Shown piece by piece: positions 1-9,032 of a DNA stretch of 64,000 nucleotides. The notes below the pieces were generated by a model. That model made no database searches, had not been told where the DNA came from, and was given only the letters and a program-made list of their open reading frames with translations. Both the position numbers and the translations under genes were made by a program. Origin of the DNA: Alphaproteobacteria bacterium (GTDB lineage: Bacteria > Pseudomonadota > Alphaproteobacteria > UBA7887); assembly GCA_965216755.1 (NCBI GenBank), contig CBDCGL010000011.1, positions 128,001 through 192,000 of the forward strand, read 5' to 3'. Numbering within the stretch: position 1 is the stretch's first letter; each line of letters opens with the position of its first letter.

Positions 1-1
1 G

Positions 2-586
2 GATATCAAAGCCCGGGAGTGGTTGGACGCCAACGCGCCGGATATGGCCACCACCGGAAGCGGGATCGCCATGATCGTGGCGAACTTGTCCGAACGCAAC
101 ATCGAGTCGATGCTGGGCGGAAGCATTCTCGCTCTGTTTTTGATCTCGCTGCTGCTGATATTTGCATTACGGAGCCTAAAAATCGGCTTGATCAGCTTGG
201 TGCCGAATCTTTTTCCAGTCGCCTTGGCGTTTGGGGTTTGGGGATTTCTGATTCAGGAGGTCGGCCTTGCCATTGCCACCGTCGTTGCGATGACACTTGG
301 CATTGTCGTCGACGACACCGTGCATTTCCTTAGCAAGTATCTGCGCGCGCGGAGAGAACGCGGTCTAGATTCGCCGGAGGCGGTACGCTATGCCTTCAAC
401 ACGGTGGGCACGGCTTTGGTCATTACGTCGATTGTTTTGGTGCTGGGCTTTTGCGTTCTGGGAACTTCAGGTTACCGACCTAGCTCGCATATCGGTTGGC
501 TCAGCTCGTTTACCTTGATATTTGCGCTGGCCGCGGATTTCTTGTTTCTGCCACCCCTTTTGATGATGATCGACAAAAAGAAATGA
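2..586 (+). CDS. MMPL/RND-family transporter, C-terminal part (runs off the 5' edge)
   Basis: Multiple TM helices; GIVVDDTVHFL (GxxVDD) MMPL/RND motif; frame is open to the window edge. Confidence 0.85.
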   Translation, partial: DIKAREWLDANAPDMATTGSGIAMIVANLSERNIESMLGGSILALFLISLLLIFALRSLKIGLISLVPNLFPVALAFGVWGFLIQEVGLAIATVVAMTLGIVVDDTVHFLSKYLRARRERGLDSPEAVRYAFNTVGTALVITSIVLVLGFCVLGTSGYRPSSHIGWLSSFTLIFALAADFLFLPPLLMMIDKKK

Positions 587-1374
587 TGAAGAGAATTGCT
601 CTGCTGACGGTAGTCGTCTTGGTGACGGCGCCGACGCTCTCGCGCGCTGAAACGGATGAGGAAAAAGGTTTACGCATCGCGACGGAAGCCGACCAATTCA
701 ACGCGGGTTTCCAAGATACGGTTACCGACCTTGAGATGGTTTTGCGTAATCGGCAAGGCGCGGAAAGCTCCAGGTTTTTCCGCAGCAAGACGCTGGAAGG
801 GACAGACGACGGCGACAAGAGTATCGCGGTATTCGATCGCCCGGCCGATATCAAGGGTACGGCGGCACTAACTTTTACACACAAGTTTGGACCGGACGAT
901 CAGTGGCTTTATCTGCCGGCGCTGAAGCGGGTCAAACGAATAAGTTCAGCAAACAAATCTGGTTCGTTCGTTGGTAGTGAGTTTGCGTACGAAGATTTAT
1001 CGAGCCAAGAGATTGAGAAGTATGCGTACAAGTGGATATCTGACGACACTTGCGGTGATAATCTGGAATGCTGGCAATTCGAGCGATATCCCGTTGATAA
1101 ATATTCGGGCTACACGAAACAAGTCGTGTGGATGGACAAGGAATTCTACCGTGTTCACAAAGTTGATTACTACGATCGCAAGGGTGAGTTGCTGAAGACC
1201 CTGACTTTCGATGACTATCATCAGTACCTCGACCACTATTGGCGCGCCGCAAGGCTCAACATGGTCAACCATCAGACCGGGAAAACTACCGAGATCATTG
1301 CGCAGAACATTGAGTTTCGGACCGGCCTTGATGAAAGAGACTTTGACACGGCGGCGCTCAAACGCACGCGTTAA
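583..1374 (+). CDS. Outer-membrane lipoprotein-sorting (LolA-like) periplasmic protein
   Basis: ATGA overlap with the upstream stop; signal peptide; DDQWLYLPALKRVKRI and SFVGSEFAYEDL motifs. Confidence 0.85.
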   Translation: MMKRIALLTVVVLVTAPTLSRAETDEEKGLRIATEADQFNAGFQDTVTDLEMVLRNRQGAESSRFFRSKTLEGTDDGDKSIAVFDRPADIKGTAALTFTHKFGPDDQWLYLPALKRVKRISSANKSGSFVGSEFAYEDLSSQEIEKYAYKWISDDTCGDNLECWQFERYPVDKYSGYTKQVVWMDKEFYRVHKVDYYDRKGELLKTLTFDDYHQYLDHYWRAARLNMVNHQTGKTTEIIAQNIEFRTGLDERDFDTAALKRTR

Positions 1375-1611
1375 CAAGTCGCTGTTGTAAACCACAGTCG
1401 GGGCATGGTGGTGGCCGACGGTGCGATGCGCGGATGTTGATTTAAGCATGGTCGCAACCCGTTCGTGCTGCCGCAGCCATACTGGCGTCCAAGCCAAGCT
1501 GGATTGCATCGGGGATTTGCGTTAATGGTGGCCGGCAGCTACGCCTGCCGTGTGTCGAATGGCGGGGCAAATATTCGGCCCTCTTGGATCTGGCGACCGA
1601 AAGGATACGAC

Positions 1612-2244
1612 ATGATTGACCTCTATACCTGGAGCACGCCAAATGGTCGCAAGGTGTCGATAATGCTTGAGGAAATCGGGTTGCCATACACGGTGCATCC
1701 GATCAACATCGGTGAGGGCGATCAGTTCAAACCTGAGTTCCTCGAGATCAGTCCGAACAATAAGATTCCGGCGATCGTCGACAATGACAACGGTATGACG
1801 ATGATGGAGTCCGGGGCCATTCTGGTCTATTTGGCCGAAAAAACCGGAAAGCTTCTGTCATCTGAGACCAAAGCGCGGTTTCGCGTATTGGAATGGCTGA
1901 TGATGCAGATGGGTTCAGTTGGCCCAATGCTCGGCCAAACCCACCATTTTCTCCGCTTCAACAAAGGCAAAGCGCCCTATGCTGAGGAGCGTTATGCGAA
2001 AGAGAATCAACGCATCTATAAAGTGCTGGATACACGTCTCGGCAAGGTTCCGTACCTTGCCGGTGAAGACTACAGCATTGCCGATATTGCAACCTGGCCA
2101 TGGATATCCCGTTTCGAGTGGCAAGAAATGGATCTAAATGAAACGCCAAATCTAAAGCGTTGGTACGTAGAGCTGGCGGAGCGACCCGCCTATCAAAAAG
2201 GCTATGACGTGCCGCCAATTGGCGCCTCAATACCGATGCCGTGA
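1612..2244 (+). CDS. Glutathione S-transferase, YfcG/nu-class-like
   Basis: MIDLYTWSTPNG, ISPNNKIPAIVD, ESGAIL, YSIADIA; AAGGA RBS before ATG 1612. Confidence 0.9.
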   Translation: MIDLYTWSTPNGRKVSIMLEEIGLPYTVHPINIGEGDQFKPEFLEISPNNKIPAIVDNDNGMTMMESGAILVYLAEKTGKLLSSETKARFRVLEWLMMQMGSVGPMLGQTHHFLRFNKGKAPYAEERYAKENQRIYKVLDTRLGKVPYLAGEDYSIADIATWPWISRFEWQEMDLNETPNLKRWYVELAERPAYQKGYDVPPIGASIPMP

Positions 2245-2429
2245 CAGTTGTCCGACATGGATCATCGGAAGGCATCTAGATAATCCCATAAATGGCCGAC
2301 AATTGTGTGCAATGTACACTTTGCGCAGGGCCCCGGCTCGGCTAGCCTATGATGGGGAGCGTCGATCAAAGCGGGTAGCGCTCGGTCGGTGAGACATTTG
2401 ATCGGAATCCATATGCGCCGCGCGTCGAG

Positions 2430-2750
2430 ATGACTGAAAAACTCACTAGTTTCAATGAGTTCAAGCGGCTGAAGTCGCGTCGTATGATGGAAGTGGCGCG
2501 CCAGGGGGAGGTCGCGCGCAATCGGGATGCAGCCGAGACCTATAAGGAGCTGGTGCAGTTGGTGGAACAGACGAACCGGTTGGTTAAGCGGCTCGAAGCT
2601 GGTCGCCAACGGGAACTTGCTGCGGCCATCGCGCGCGGGAATATTGGCGAGCCAGAGTCTGTCGCCCCTCTCGTGCGCAGTTATGAGCGTTTGTCTTGGC
2701 GCCTATATGGCCAATTGAGGTACATATTGGACGCGTCGCGCAAGCGGTAA
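2430..2750 (+). CDS. Hypothetical helical protein
   Basis: 106-aa ATG ORF filling the gap between co-oriented genes; no recognised motif. Confidence 0.5.
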   Translation: MTEKLTSFNEFKRLKSRRMMEVARQGEVARNRDAAETYKELVQLVEQTNRLVKRLEAGRQRELAAAIARGNIGEPESVAPLVRSYERLSWRLYGQLRYILDASRKR

Positions 2751-2809
2751 AATCTCGAAATCCTGGTCACACGCGGCGCATCGTTTCCAGAGTATGACCG
2801 GCACATGCC

Positions 2810-3379
2810 ATGCATCGGTTGTTCACGGCTGTCGCGTTACCCGAATCCGTGAAATACGGATTGCATGCCATGCAGTTGGGCTTGCCCGGTGCACGTTGGA
2901 TCCCAACCGACAATATGCATCTTACGCTGCGATTCATTGGCGAAGTCGATTCGGCGGATGCGGACGACATTCACGAGGCGCTGGCCCAGATCGACGGTGT
3001 GCCGTTTCATTTGCGCCTTTCCGACCTTGGAACCTTCGGAACACGCCGACATGCCCGCACATTGTGGGTCGGCGTCGAGAAGTGCGAAGGCCTTAGGAGG
3101 CTCAAGGCTCAAATTGATGCGGCGCTGACGATCGCTGGCCAATCGCGGGATCCGCGCAAGTTCTCCCCGCACATAACCTTGGCTCGGCTGAGAGATGCCG
3201 AAGATAAACGTGTGGCCGCATTTGTGGCCCAAAACGCGCCGCGCGTCGCGGGGGCATTCGACGTGACAGATTTTGGACTCTATTCAAGCCACCTCACGTC
3301 GGCCGGCGCCGAACATACACTCGAGACGAGCTATCATCTCCGGGCGGAAAATTGGGGCAACGGGAATGTGTCCGATTGA
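2810..3379 (+). CDS. thpR: RNA 2',3'-cyclic phosphodiesterase (2H family)
   Basis: Two HxT motifs (HLTLRFIG, PHITLAR); N-terminal RLFTAV. Confidence 0.9.
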   Translation: MHRLFTAVALPESVKYGLHAMQLGLPGARWIPTDNMHLTLRFIGEVDSADADDIHEALAQIDGVPFHLRLSDLGTFGTRRHARTLWVGVEKCEGLRRLKAQIDAALTIAGQSRDPRKFSPHITLARLRDAEDKRVAAFVAQNAPRVAGAFDVTDFGLYSSHLTSAGAEHTLETSYHLRAENWGNGNVSD

Positions 3380-3396
3380 CAGAATCGTCAGCCCAC

Positions 3397-3425
3397 TTTA
3401 CGTAAGTAGATACTTACATCATATT
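3397..3425 (+). promoter_or_regulatory. Putative sigma70 promoter TTTACG-N17-CATATT with operator palindrome GTAAGTA-GA-TACTTAC (3402-3417)
   Basis: Perfect 7-2-7 inverted repeat across the promoter spacer, upstream of ORF 3448. Confidence 0.55.
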
Positions 3426-3447
3426 CGTTTGGACAAGGCAGGTTGAG

Positions 3448-3993
3448 ATGACATTGCGTAAGTCTGCGATCACTGAACTTTCGCTGCTGCCCGGGCGCGC
3501 GGCAGCAACACTATTGACAGCGATATCCTTGGTCCTGATGCCTCGAATTGCGACTGCAGCGGAAACCGAACACCCGGTCAAAGGGCAGATCTACGCGATC
3601 GGCACCTCCGAGCTTGCCATTGAGACCGAAGCTTTCACGTCAAATCGGGCCGGGTTCTCTGGGACATTCGCCGCTGACGATCCAAGCTCCATTGTGCATC
3701 TGACGACTTATGACTGCAGCGTGTTAACGCACGCGTCGATGGATGAGTCACGCAGCCGGACGGCTCGCGTTGGGGCGATCGGCGTCTGTTTGGTCAGCGA
3801 CCGCGACGGCGACGTATTTGTCGCGGAGTGGCGCCGCCCCGTCGGTGACGCGACCGGCACATGGACCATAGTGCGTGGCAGCGGCAAGTTCGAAGGCGCG
3901 GCGGGAGAGGGGAGCTACGGAATCGAGTTCCTTACTGGTCTGCCGAATGCCAAAATGCGCTTCGCATTGGATGGATCAATAATCACGCGATGA
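3448..3993 (+). CDS. Secreted beta-rich hypothetical protein (dirigent/allene-oxide-cyclase-like motif)
   Basis: Signal-like N-terminus; two Cys; GTWTIVRGSGKFEGAAGEG. Confidence 0.6.
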   Translation: MTLRKSAITELSLLPGRAAATLLTAISLVLMPRIATAAETEHPVKGQIYAIGTSELAIETEAFTSNRAGFSGTFAADDPSSIVHLTTYDCSVLTHASMDESRSRTARVGAIGVCLVSDRDGDVFVAEWRRPVGDATGTWTIVRGSGKFEGAAGEGSYGIEFLTGLPNAKMRFALDGSIITR

Positions 3994-4026
3994 CATGGAG
4001 GGGCGGTAAGCGCGCATACGCCGGCA

Positions 4027-4626
4027 TTGGACCAGGAATTTGAAAGTACCGATATTGAGTCACTGTTGGCCGAAGTGCGCGCATGCCGTCACTGCGCCAC
4101 GGAGCTTCCACTCGGTCCTCGGCCCGTATTGCGTGCGTCTGCGTCTGCGCGATTGTTGATCGTCGGGCAGGCGCCCGGCACAAAGGTGCATGCTTCTGGA
4201 ATTCCATGGAACGATCCCTCAGGTGACCGGCTACGCGCATGGCTCGCTGTCGACCGCGCTACATTCTACGACACGCGGCGCATCGCAATTATTCCTATGG
4301 GATTCTGCTATCCGGGTCGACATCCGAACGGCGGCGATCTCCCGCCGCAGCGCCAATGTGCGCCGCTTTGGCATGCGCGGCTGTTGAAGATCCTATCCAA
4401 CCTGGAACTGACTCTTCTGGTTGGCGGCTATGCCCAGCGTCACTATCTGGGCGCTTGCGCCGGCCGCACTGTGGGCGATACGGTTGCCGGCTGGCGCAAC
4501 TATCTTCCGCGATTTCTGCCATTGCCCCATCCATCTTGGCGGACGCGGGCCTGGGTGCGTCGCCATCCTTGGTTTGAATCCGAGTTGTTGCCGGCCCTCC
4601 GCCAGCAAGTTCTGAATCTACTCTGA
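4027..4626 (+). CDS. Uracil-DNA glycosylase-like family protein
   Basis: RACRHC, IVGQAPG, WNDPSGDRLR, GFCYPG, LPHPSWR. Confidence 0.9.
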   Translation: MDQEFESTDIESLLAEVRACRHCATELPLGPRPVLRASASARLLIVGQAPGTKVHASGIPWNDPSGDRLRAWLAVDRATFYDTRRIAIIPMGFCYPGRHPNGGDLPPQRQCAPLWHARLLKILSNLELTLLVGGYAQRHYLGACAGRTVGDTVAGWRNYLPRFLPLPHPSWRTRAWVRRHPWFESELLPALRQQVLNLL

Positions 4627-5072
4627 CGCACGAAAGCTCAATGCGTTGCGCGCACTATTCGCCCTGACCCGGGTTCGCCGCATGCGGCGGTCGTTCGAGA
4701 TAGAACGCATGTGCCTCTTCGTCGCGAATTCGAAGCTTCAGGACCAATTTCCAGCCGGCAGTGTTGAGAGTATTGAGCGTTTCGTAAAAAGTTTCTGCGC
4801 CGCGCTTGCAAAGAACAGTTTCACCGCTGGCCACCTGGCTATCACTTGCAAGACAGATAATGCGATGATCGTCGGCGTGGGACGGTAAGGGATCGAGACA
4901 AAATACGGCCACAGCGCAGGAGACGTACACGTGTCGAATGACATGCCCAGCTGGAGACGTTCCCATTTCGAGAATTTCCAGGCGCTAGCGTTGAATGTCG
5001 ATCTTTCTATCAGGCTCCGAGATTGACAGCTACAGCGTCGGCGATTAGGTAGTGATCGGTGTGTGAGCCTGC

Positions 5073-5165
5073 GGAGGGGTGGCCGAGCGGCTGAAGGCGG
5101 CGGTTTGCTAAACCGTTATACGGAGACAATCCGTATCGGGGGTTCGAATCCCCCTCCCTCCGCCA
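5073..5165 (+). tRNA. tRNA-Ser(GCT)
   Basis: GGAGGGG/TCCCTCC acceptor stem, TGGCCGAGCGG D-arm, TT-GCT-AA loop, long variable arm, GGTTCGAATCC, encoded CCA; TTGACA at 5023. Confidence 0.97.
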
Positions 5166-5309
5166 AATCAATGGCTTAGCAAACAGTCGCGCGGCGCCGA
5201 ACCCCTGAAAACCGTTACAAGTGGTCCGAAACTTGATCGTACCGGTGCCACATGGTCTCAATCGTTTGGCACGCCATGTTTTGCAGCCGCCCGGATTCGA
5301 CATGGCGAC

Positions 5310-5849
5310 CTATTCGGTTTCGCCAATCTCCCAAAGCTCGGCGTTGGCTTCCGTTATCCCACCTGTGACGGCATCGACCTCAACGTTCATTTCGCCTCCG
5401 CTAGCCAAGACGATGTCGATTTCGTAGACAGGCGCGCCATCATGCTCCAAGCCATATTCCACGCTCTCAACGTCACCGGGATAGATGCGGCGCGCCGTCG
5501 CGACAGCTTCATCCTCACTGACGGTTGCGACGTCGGCAAACATCGGATCCGATTTTTCCACCTCGCGTTCGATTTCCCAAATCATGCCGTTTTCGGCATT
5601 TACTTCGACTTCCCAACGTACGCCGTCAGCACCCAAAATATCGAAATCATAAACAGGGTCGCCTTCTTCGAACTTGTACTCGACGTTTAGGGCCTGACCA
5701 CCGAATACGTCGAGTGCGGACTGTAAACACTGCTCCAACGTCTTGTCGTCGCTATCGGCATATTCGCCGAGATCTGCGGCTTGCGTGGCGCCGGTAGAAA
5801 AGAACAAGATAGCCGCCGCGGCTGACGCGAATAGACTTTGTTTCATCAT
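5310..5849 (-). CDS. Periplasmic tandem-PepSY protein, lanpepsy (LanP)-like
   Basis: GGAG RBS; signal peptide; two acidic PepSY repeats (VEYKFEEGDPVYDFDI..WEVEVNAENG; VEYGLEHDGAPVYEIDI..VEVDAVTG). Confidence 0.85.
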   Translation of the reverse strand: MMKQSLFASAAAAILFFSTGATQAADLGEYADSDDKTLEQCLQSALDVFGGQALNVEYKFEEGDPVYDFDILGADGVRWEVEVNAENGMIWEIEREVEKSDPMFADVATVSEDEAVATARRIYPGDVESVEYGLEHDGAPVYEIDIVLASGGEMNVEVDAVTGGITEANAELWEIGETE

Positions 5850-6120
5850 GTCGATCTCCGTTGGTCGTGCAGGTTCAAGCTTCTTTTGGCGGTGAGGTGC
5901 CATGCGCAATTACAATTCCAGTGTGTCTTTAATTGGTCAGCCGCGTTGTCGTAACAACCTATACCGACCATTGATGTGTTCGGCAGTCAACGAAATCGGC
6001 GCCACAGCCGATGTGCGCCGGTCTGCAACGACAATGTGTGCGGCGAAGGCGTGTGCCAGGCGCGACGGAGCCTCCGCAAGAACAAGCGGGTTTCGAGGCT
6101 GGCTCCGCAACGGTTTTGTG

Positions 6121-7356
6121 TTGAAGGCCGCATGGCTTGGGCGGGTGCTTCGGTTCTTGGGCTTTGTTATCGCAACTGGCATGATCGCCGCGGTGAACGC
6201 CGAGGCGGAAGAGAAAACCGGATTATACGCCGCCATTGAAGACACAATTCACCACTATGAAGTTGATGTCGAAGCGCTTACGCTGACTGTGCGGGGCAGT
6301 GCTGTTGCCCCCGCCCGGGTCCAATATGCTTGGCCCAGTCGCGACGGCTCAGTCTTGTATGTGGCGTCCAGCGACGGCGGCCCGGGGCGCACGGGCAACC
6401 GCCATGCTTTGACTGCATTTGCGATCGACGCGGAAAGCGGCGCGCTAACGCGGCACGGCGACCATGTGCCAATCCCGGAGCGTCCGATCCATATTTCGCT
6501 CTCCAATGACGGCTTGTTCGCGCTGGTAACCTTTAACCATTCGGCGATGATAGAGGTCTATGTGGTCAACCCCGACGGCACAATCGGACCAAAGGTCGCC
6601 CAACCGAAAATCGATGCTGGTGCTTATGCTCATCAGGCGCGTCAAGCGGCCGACGATACTGTCGTGTCACTGGGCCTCGGATTTCCACCCGCCAACGGCG
6701 CGCCCGGGATTCCAGGTTCGTTGACGACGTTTGACTTTGCAAATGGCGTTCTCAGCCACAGACAGAAGCTGATCATGCCCGACAATCTTGGCCTCAGACA
6801 TCTCGAATTCGACTCTGATCGGGGCCATGTCTATGTTGTGGTTGAGCGCGGCAATTTTTTGTTCACGTACGATTTTCACGATGGAATTGTGTCAGATGAA
6901 CCGGTCCACGTCGCTGAAACACGGGGCGATCTCGTAGCCACGCCGCCGGACCAACGCGCCGGAACGATTCACCTGCATCCCAACGGGAATATTCTTTATG
7001 TTGCGAATCGTGCCGCGGCGGTGACAGCGGAAGACGGCCGCAACGTCTTTCTGGGCGGCGAAAATACGATCGCCGTGTTCGCGCTCGACCGCCAAAACGG
7101 ACCAGAATTGATCGAAACGGCCGACACACGTGGCATTGAAGCTCGGACTTTCTCGATTGATCCTTCGGGTCGGATGATGGTCGTTGGCAACCAGAAACCG
7201 GTTACCGTGGCCAACAACGGTGAATTGGCATTCGTACCGGCAAGTCTCGCAGTCTTTGCCATCGACCCCGACGGCAAACTGACCTTTGTGCGCAAGTATG
7301 ATACCGAGGCGACAGAGGCGCGCCCCATGTTTTGGACCGGAATGGTGCGGCGCTAG
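6121..7356 (+). CDS. Secreted lactonase-family beta-propeller (6-phosphogluconolactonase-like); start uncertain
   Basis: PIHISLSNDG, AHQ, GLRHLEF, IHLHPNGNILYVANR, RTFSIDPSG blade motifs. Confidence 0.8.
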   Translation: MKAAWLGRVLRFLGFVIATGMIAAVNAEAEEKTGLYAAIEDTIHHYEVDVEALTLTVRGSAVAPARVQYAWPSRDGSVLYVASSDGGPGRTGNRHALTAFAIDAESGALTRHGDHVPIPERPIHISLSNDGLFALVTFNHSAMIEVYVVNPDGTIGPKVAQPKIDAGAYAHQARQAADDTVVSLGLGFPPANGAPGIPGSLTTFDFANGVLSHRQKLIMPDNLGLRHLEFDSDRGHVYVVVERGNFLFTYDFHDGIVSDEPVHVAETRGDLVATPPDQRAGTIHLHPNGNILYVANRAAAVTAEDGRNVFLGGENTIAVFALDRQNGPELIETADTRGIEARTFSIDPSGRMMVVGNQKPVTVANNGELAFVPASLAVFAIDPDGKLTFVRKYDTEATEARPMFWTGMVRR

Positions 7357-7459
7357 AGCATTTCACGCTCACATGCGTTCGCAAGGCATGCTCTATCTAA
7401 TTGATATCGATCAATTTAACTTCGTTCAAACGACTCCGTTTGAACGAAGATTGATCTAG
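7353..7459 (+). repeat. CTAG-bounded two-hairpin palindromic element, copy 1
   Basis: TAGAGCAT..ATGCTCTA stem and CTTCGTTCAAACG-ACTC-CGTTTGAACGAAG stem; similar copies at 21991 and about 42890. Confidence 0.85.
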
Positions 7460-8106
7460 CAGCCGGTATTCACGATCACAATTCGTCGGTTAATGGCCGA
7501 TTCAGGATCCGCGAATTCGATCAGCTCGGATTCGCCCTTGCCGACATATTGGAGACGATCGGATCGAACACCGTGCGTACGCACCAAATGTTCACGAACG
7601 CTGCGCGCCCGGGCCCAGGACAGCTGCATGTTGTGGGCATCATCACCCGTGGCGTCGGTGTGACCTTCGATGAGAAAACGACAGGGTGCCAACTGATCGA
7701 CCATGATCGCGTCAGCAAGTGTGTCCAACTGCGCAACTCCGTCGGGCGTGAGCTGCGCCGAGTCGATCCGAAAATCCAAATTGAAAGCGATCGCAGCGCC
7801 TTTGCGCCGGTTGACGATAAGTTCGCGCTTCAGATCACGGACCACTGTGGCGTCGGCATTCGCGGCCGCGGCGCTATCGTCCAACTCGTCCACCGAAAAA
7901 GATCGCGGCGCGCCACCCGAGAGGGAATCGGCATGGTCGTCGGTGGCGTTATCTTCCGGCTCATAGACGCGCAAGTCCGCCATCTCGAACGCATGTGTGA
8001 CGTGGGACGATGTCGGCCGCTGGCCATCTTGGCTGACCGCTGGCTCGGCAAGAAAACAACCAACGACCACGGTGGCTGCGCACCAGCCTTTCGGAATTCC
8101 CATCAT
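7456..8106 (-). CDS. OmpA-family peptidoglycan-binding protein
   Basis: IEGHTDATG, NMQLSWARARSV, GKGE, NRRI; signal peptide. Confidence 0.9.
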   Translation of the reverse strand: MMGIPKGWCAATVVVGCFLAEPAVSQDGQRPTSSHVTHAFEMADLRVYEPEDNATDDHADSLSGGAPRSFSVDELDDSAAAANADATVVRDLKRELIVNRRKGAAIAFNLDFRIDSAQLTPDGVAQLDTLADAIMVDQLAPCRFLIEGHTDATGDDAHNMQLSWARARSVREHLVRTHGVRSDRLQYVGKGESELIEFADPESAINRRIVIVNTGC

Positions 8107-8182
8107 CTTTGATCCCCACTTCCGCTGTGCTCGCCCATTACCTTCGTCGACTCAGACCGTCGCGCGCAACAAATTTGTCGTG

Positions 8183-8971
8183 CTAGGTCGGGTCGTCGGG
8201 GCGCGGCCGGAAGTGTGTTGCACTGTAGCCGCCGTCCACAACCAATGTGTGACCAGAGATATAGGACGCGTCAGCCGAGCATAAGAAAGCCACCGCCGCG
8301 GCTATTTCTTCGGCTCTACCGGGGCGTCGCAACGGCGTGCCGCCGACCAATGCATCGACGAACCACGGGTTTGTCGCCAGCCGCTCCGCGGTCAGCGGTG
8401 TTGCGATGATGCCTGGCGCGACGGCATTGACGCGGATGCCGTCAAGACCATAGTCGGCAGCCATGTTCCGGGTTAGTCCGATGACGGCGGACTTGGCCGC
8501 TGAATATGCCGAGCTGCCACGAAAGCCCGTAATCCCAAAAATGGACGCAATATTGACAATGCATCCGCCGCGGTTTGCAGCGCGCATGGCTTTGACAGAT
8601 TCGCGCGACAGGCGGAATAGCGCCCGAACATTGACGTCTATGAAGCCGTCAAAATTGTCGTCCTCGGTCAGGTGTGCGGGTCGGGCATCGCCGACACCGG
8701 CATTATTGACCAGTATATCGGGCGGACCGCAAACCTCAGAACTGCGTTCGAGGATTCTTGACGGGGCGTCCTCGCTGGTCACGTCGCACTGCAGCGCAAC
8801 AGCCCGTCCCGGGCCATTACCTTGGCGCGTCGTCTCTTCGACATCTTCCCCGTTGCGGTCGACTGCGACGACATTCGCGCCCTCTCGCAAGAGCTGCAGC
8901 GTCGTTGCGCGACCGATTCCGGAGCCGGCTCCCGTGACAACTGCGACACGTTCCGCCAAGCGCTCAACCAT
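8183..8971 (-). CDS. SDR-family oxidoreductase
   Basis: TGAGSGIG, NNAG, YSAAK, NAVAPG. Confidence 0.95.
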   Translation of the reverse strand: MVERLAERVAVVTGAGSGIGRATTLQLLREGANVVAVDRNGEDVEETTRQGNGPGRAVALQCDVTSEDAPSRILERSSEVCGPPDILVNNAGVGDARPAHLTEDDNFDGFIDVNVRALFRLSRESVKAMRAANRGGCIVNIASIFGITGFRGSSAYSAAKSAVIGLTRNMAADYGLDGIRVNAVAPGIIATPLTAERLATNPWFVDALVGGTPLRRPGRAEEIAAAVAFLCSADASYISGHTLVVDGGYSATHFRPRPDDPT

Positions 8972-9032
8972 GACTATCTCCTATTCAGCACCGTCTTGCT
9001 TATAATCAACCCTACACAAGCGGGAGGCGACA

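Noticed and set aside
5010-5303. Minus-strand ORFs over the tRNAs (also 38287-38499 and 38310-38708)
   Set aside because: They are translations of the tRNA reverse complement (WRREGDSNPR, MVGAGGFEPPT)
5902-6120. Long N-terminal extensions in the ORF track (also GST 1465, SBP 20450, rpiB 24350, nrdR 26231)
   Set aside because: Downstream starts fit RBS position, signal peptides or family N-termini better
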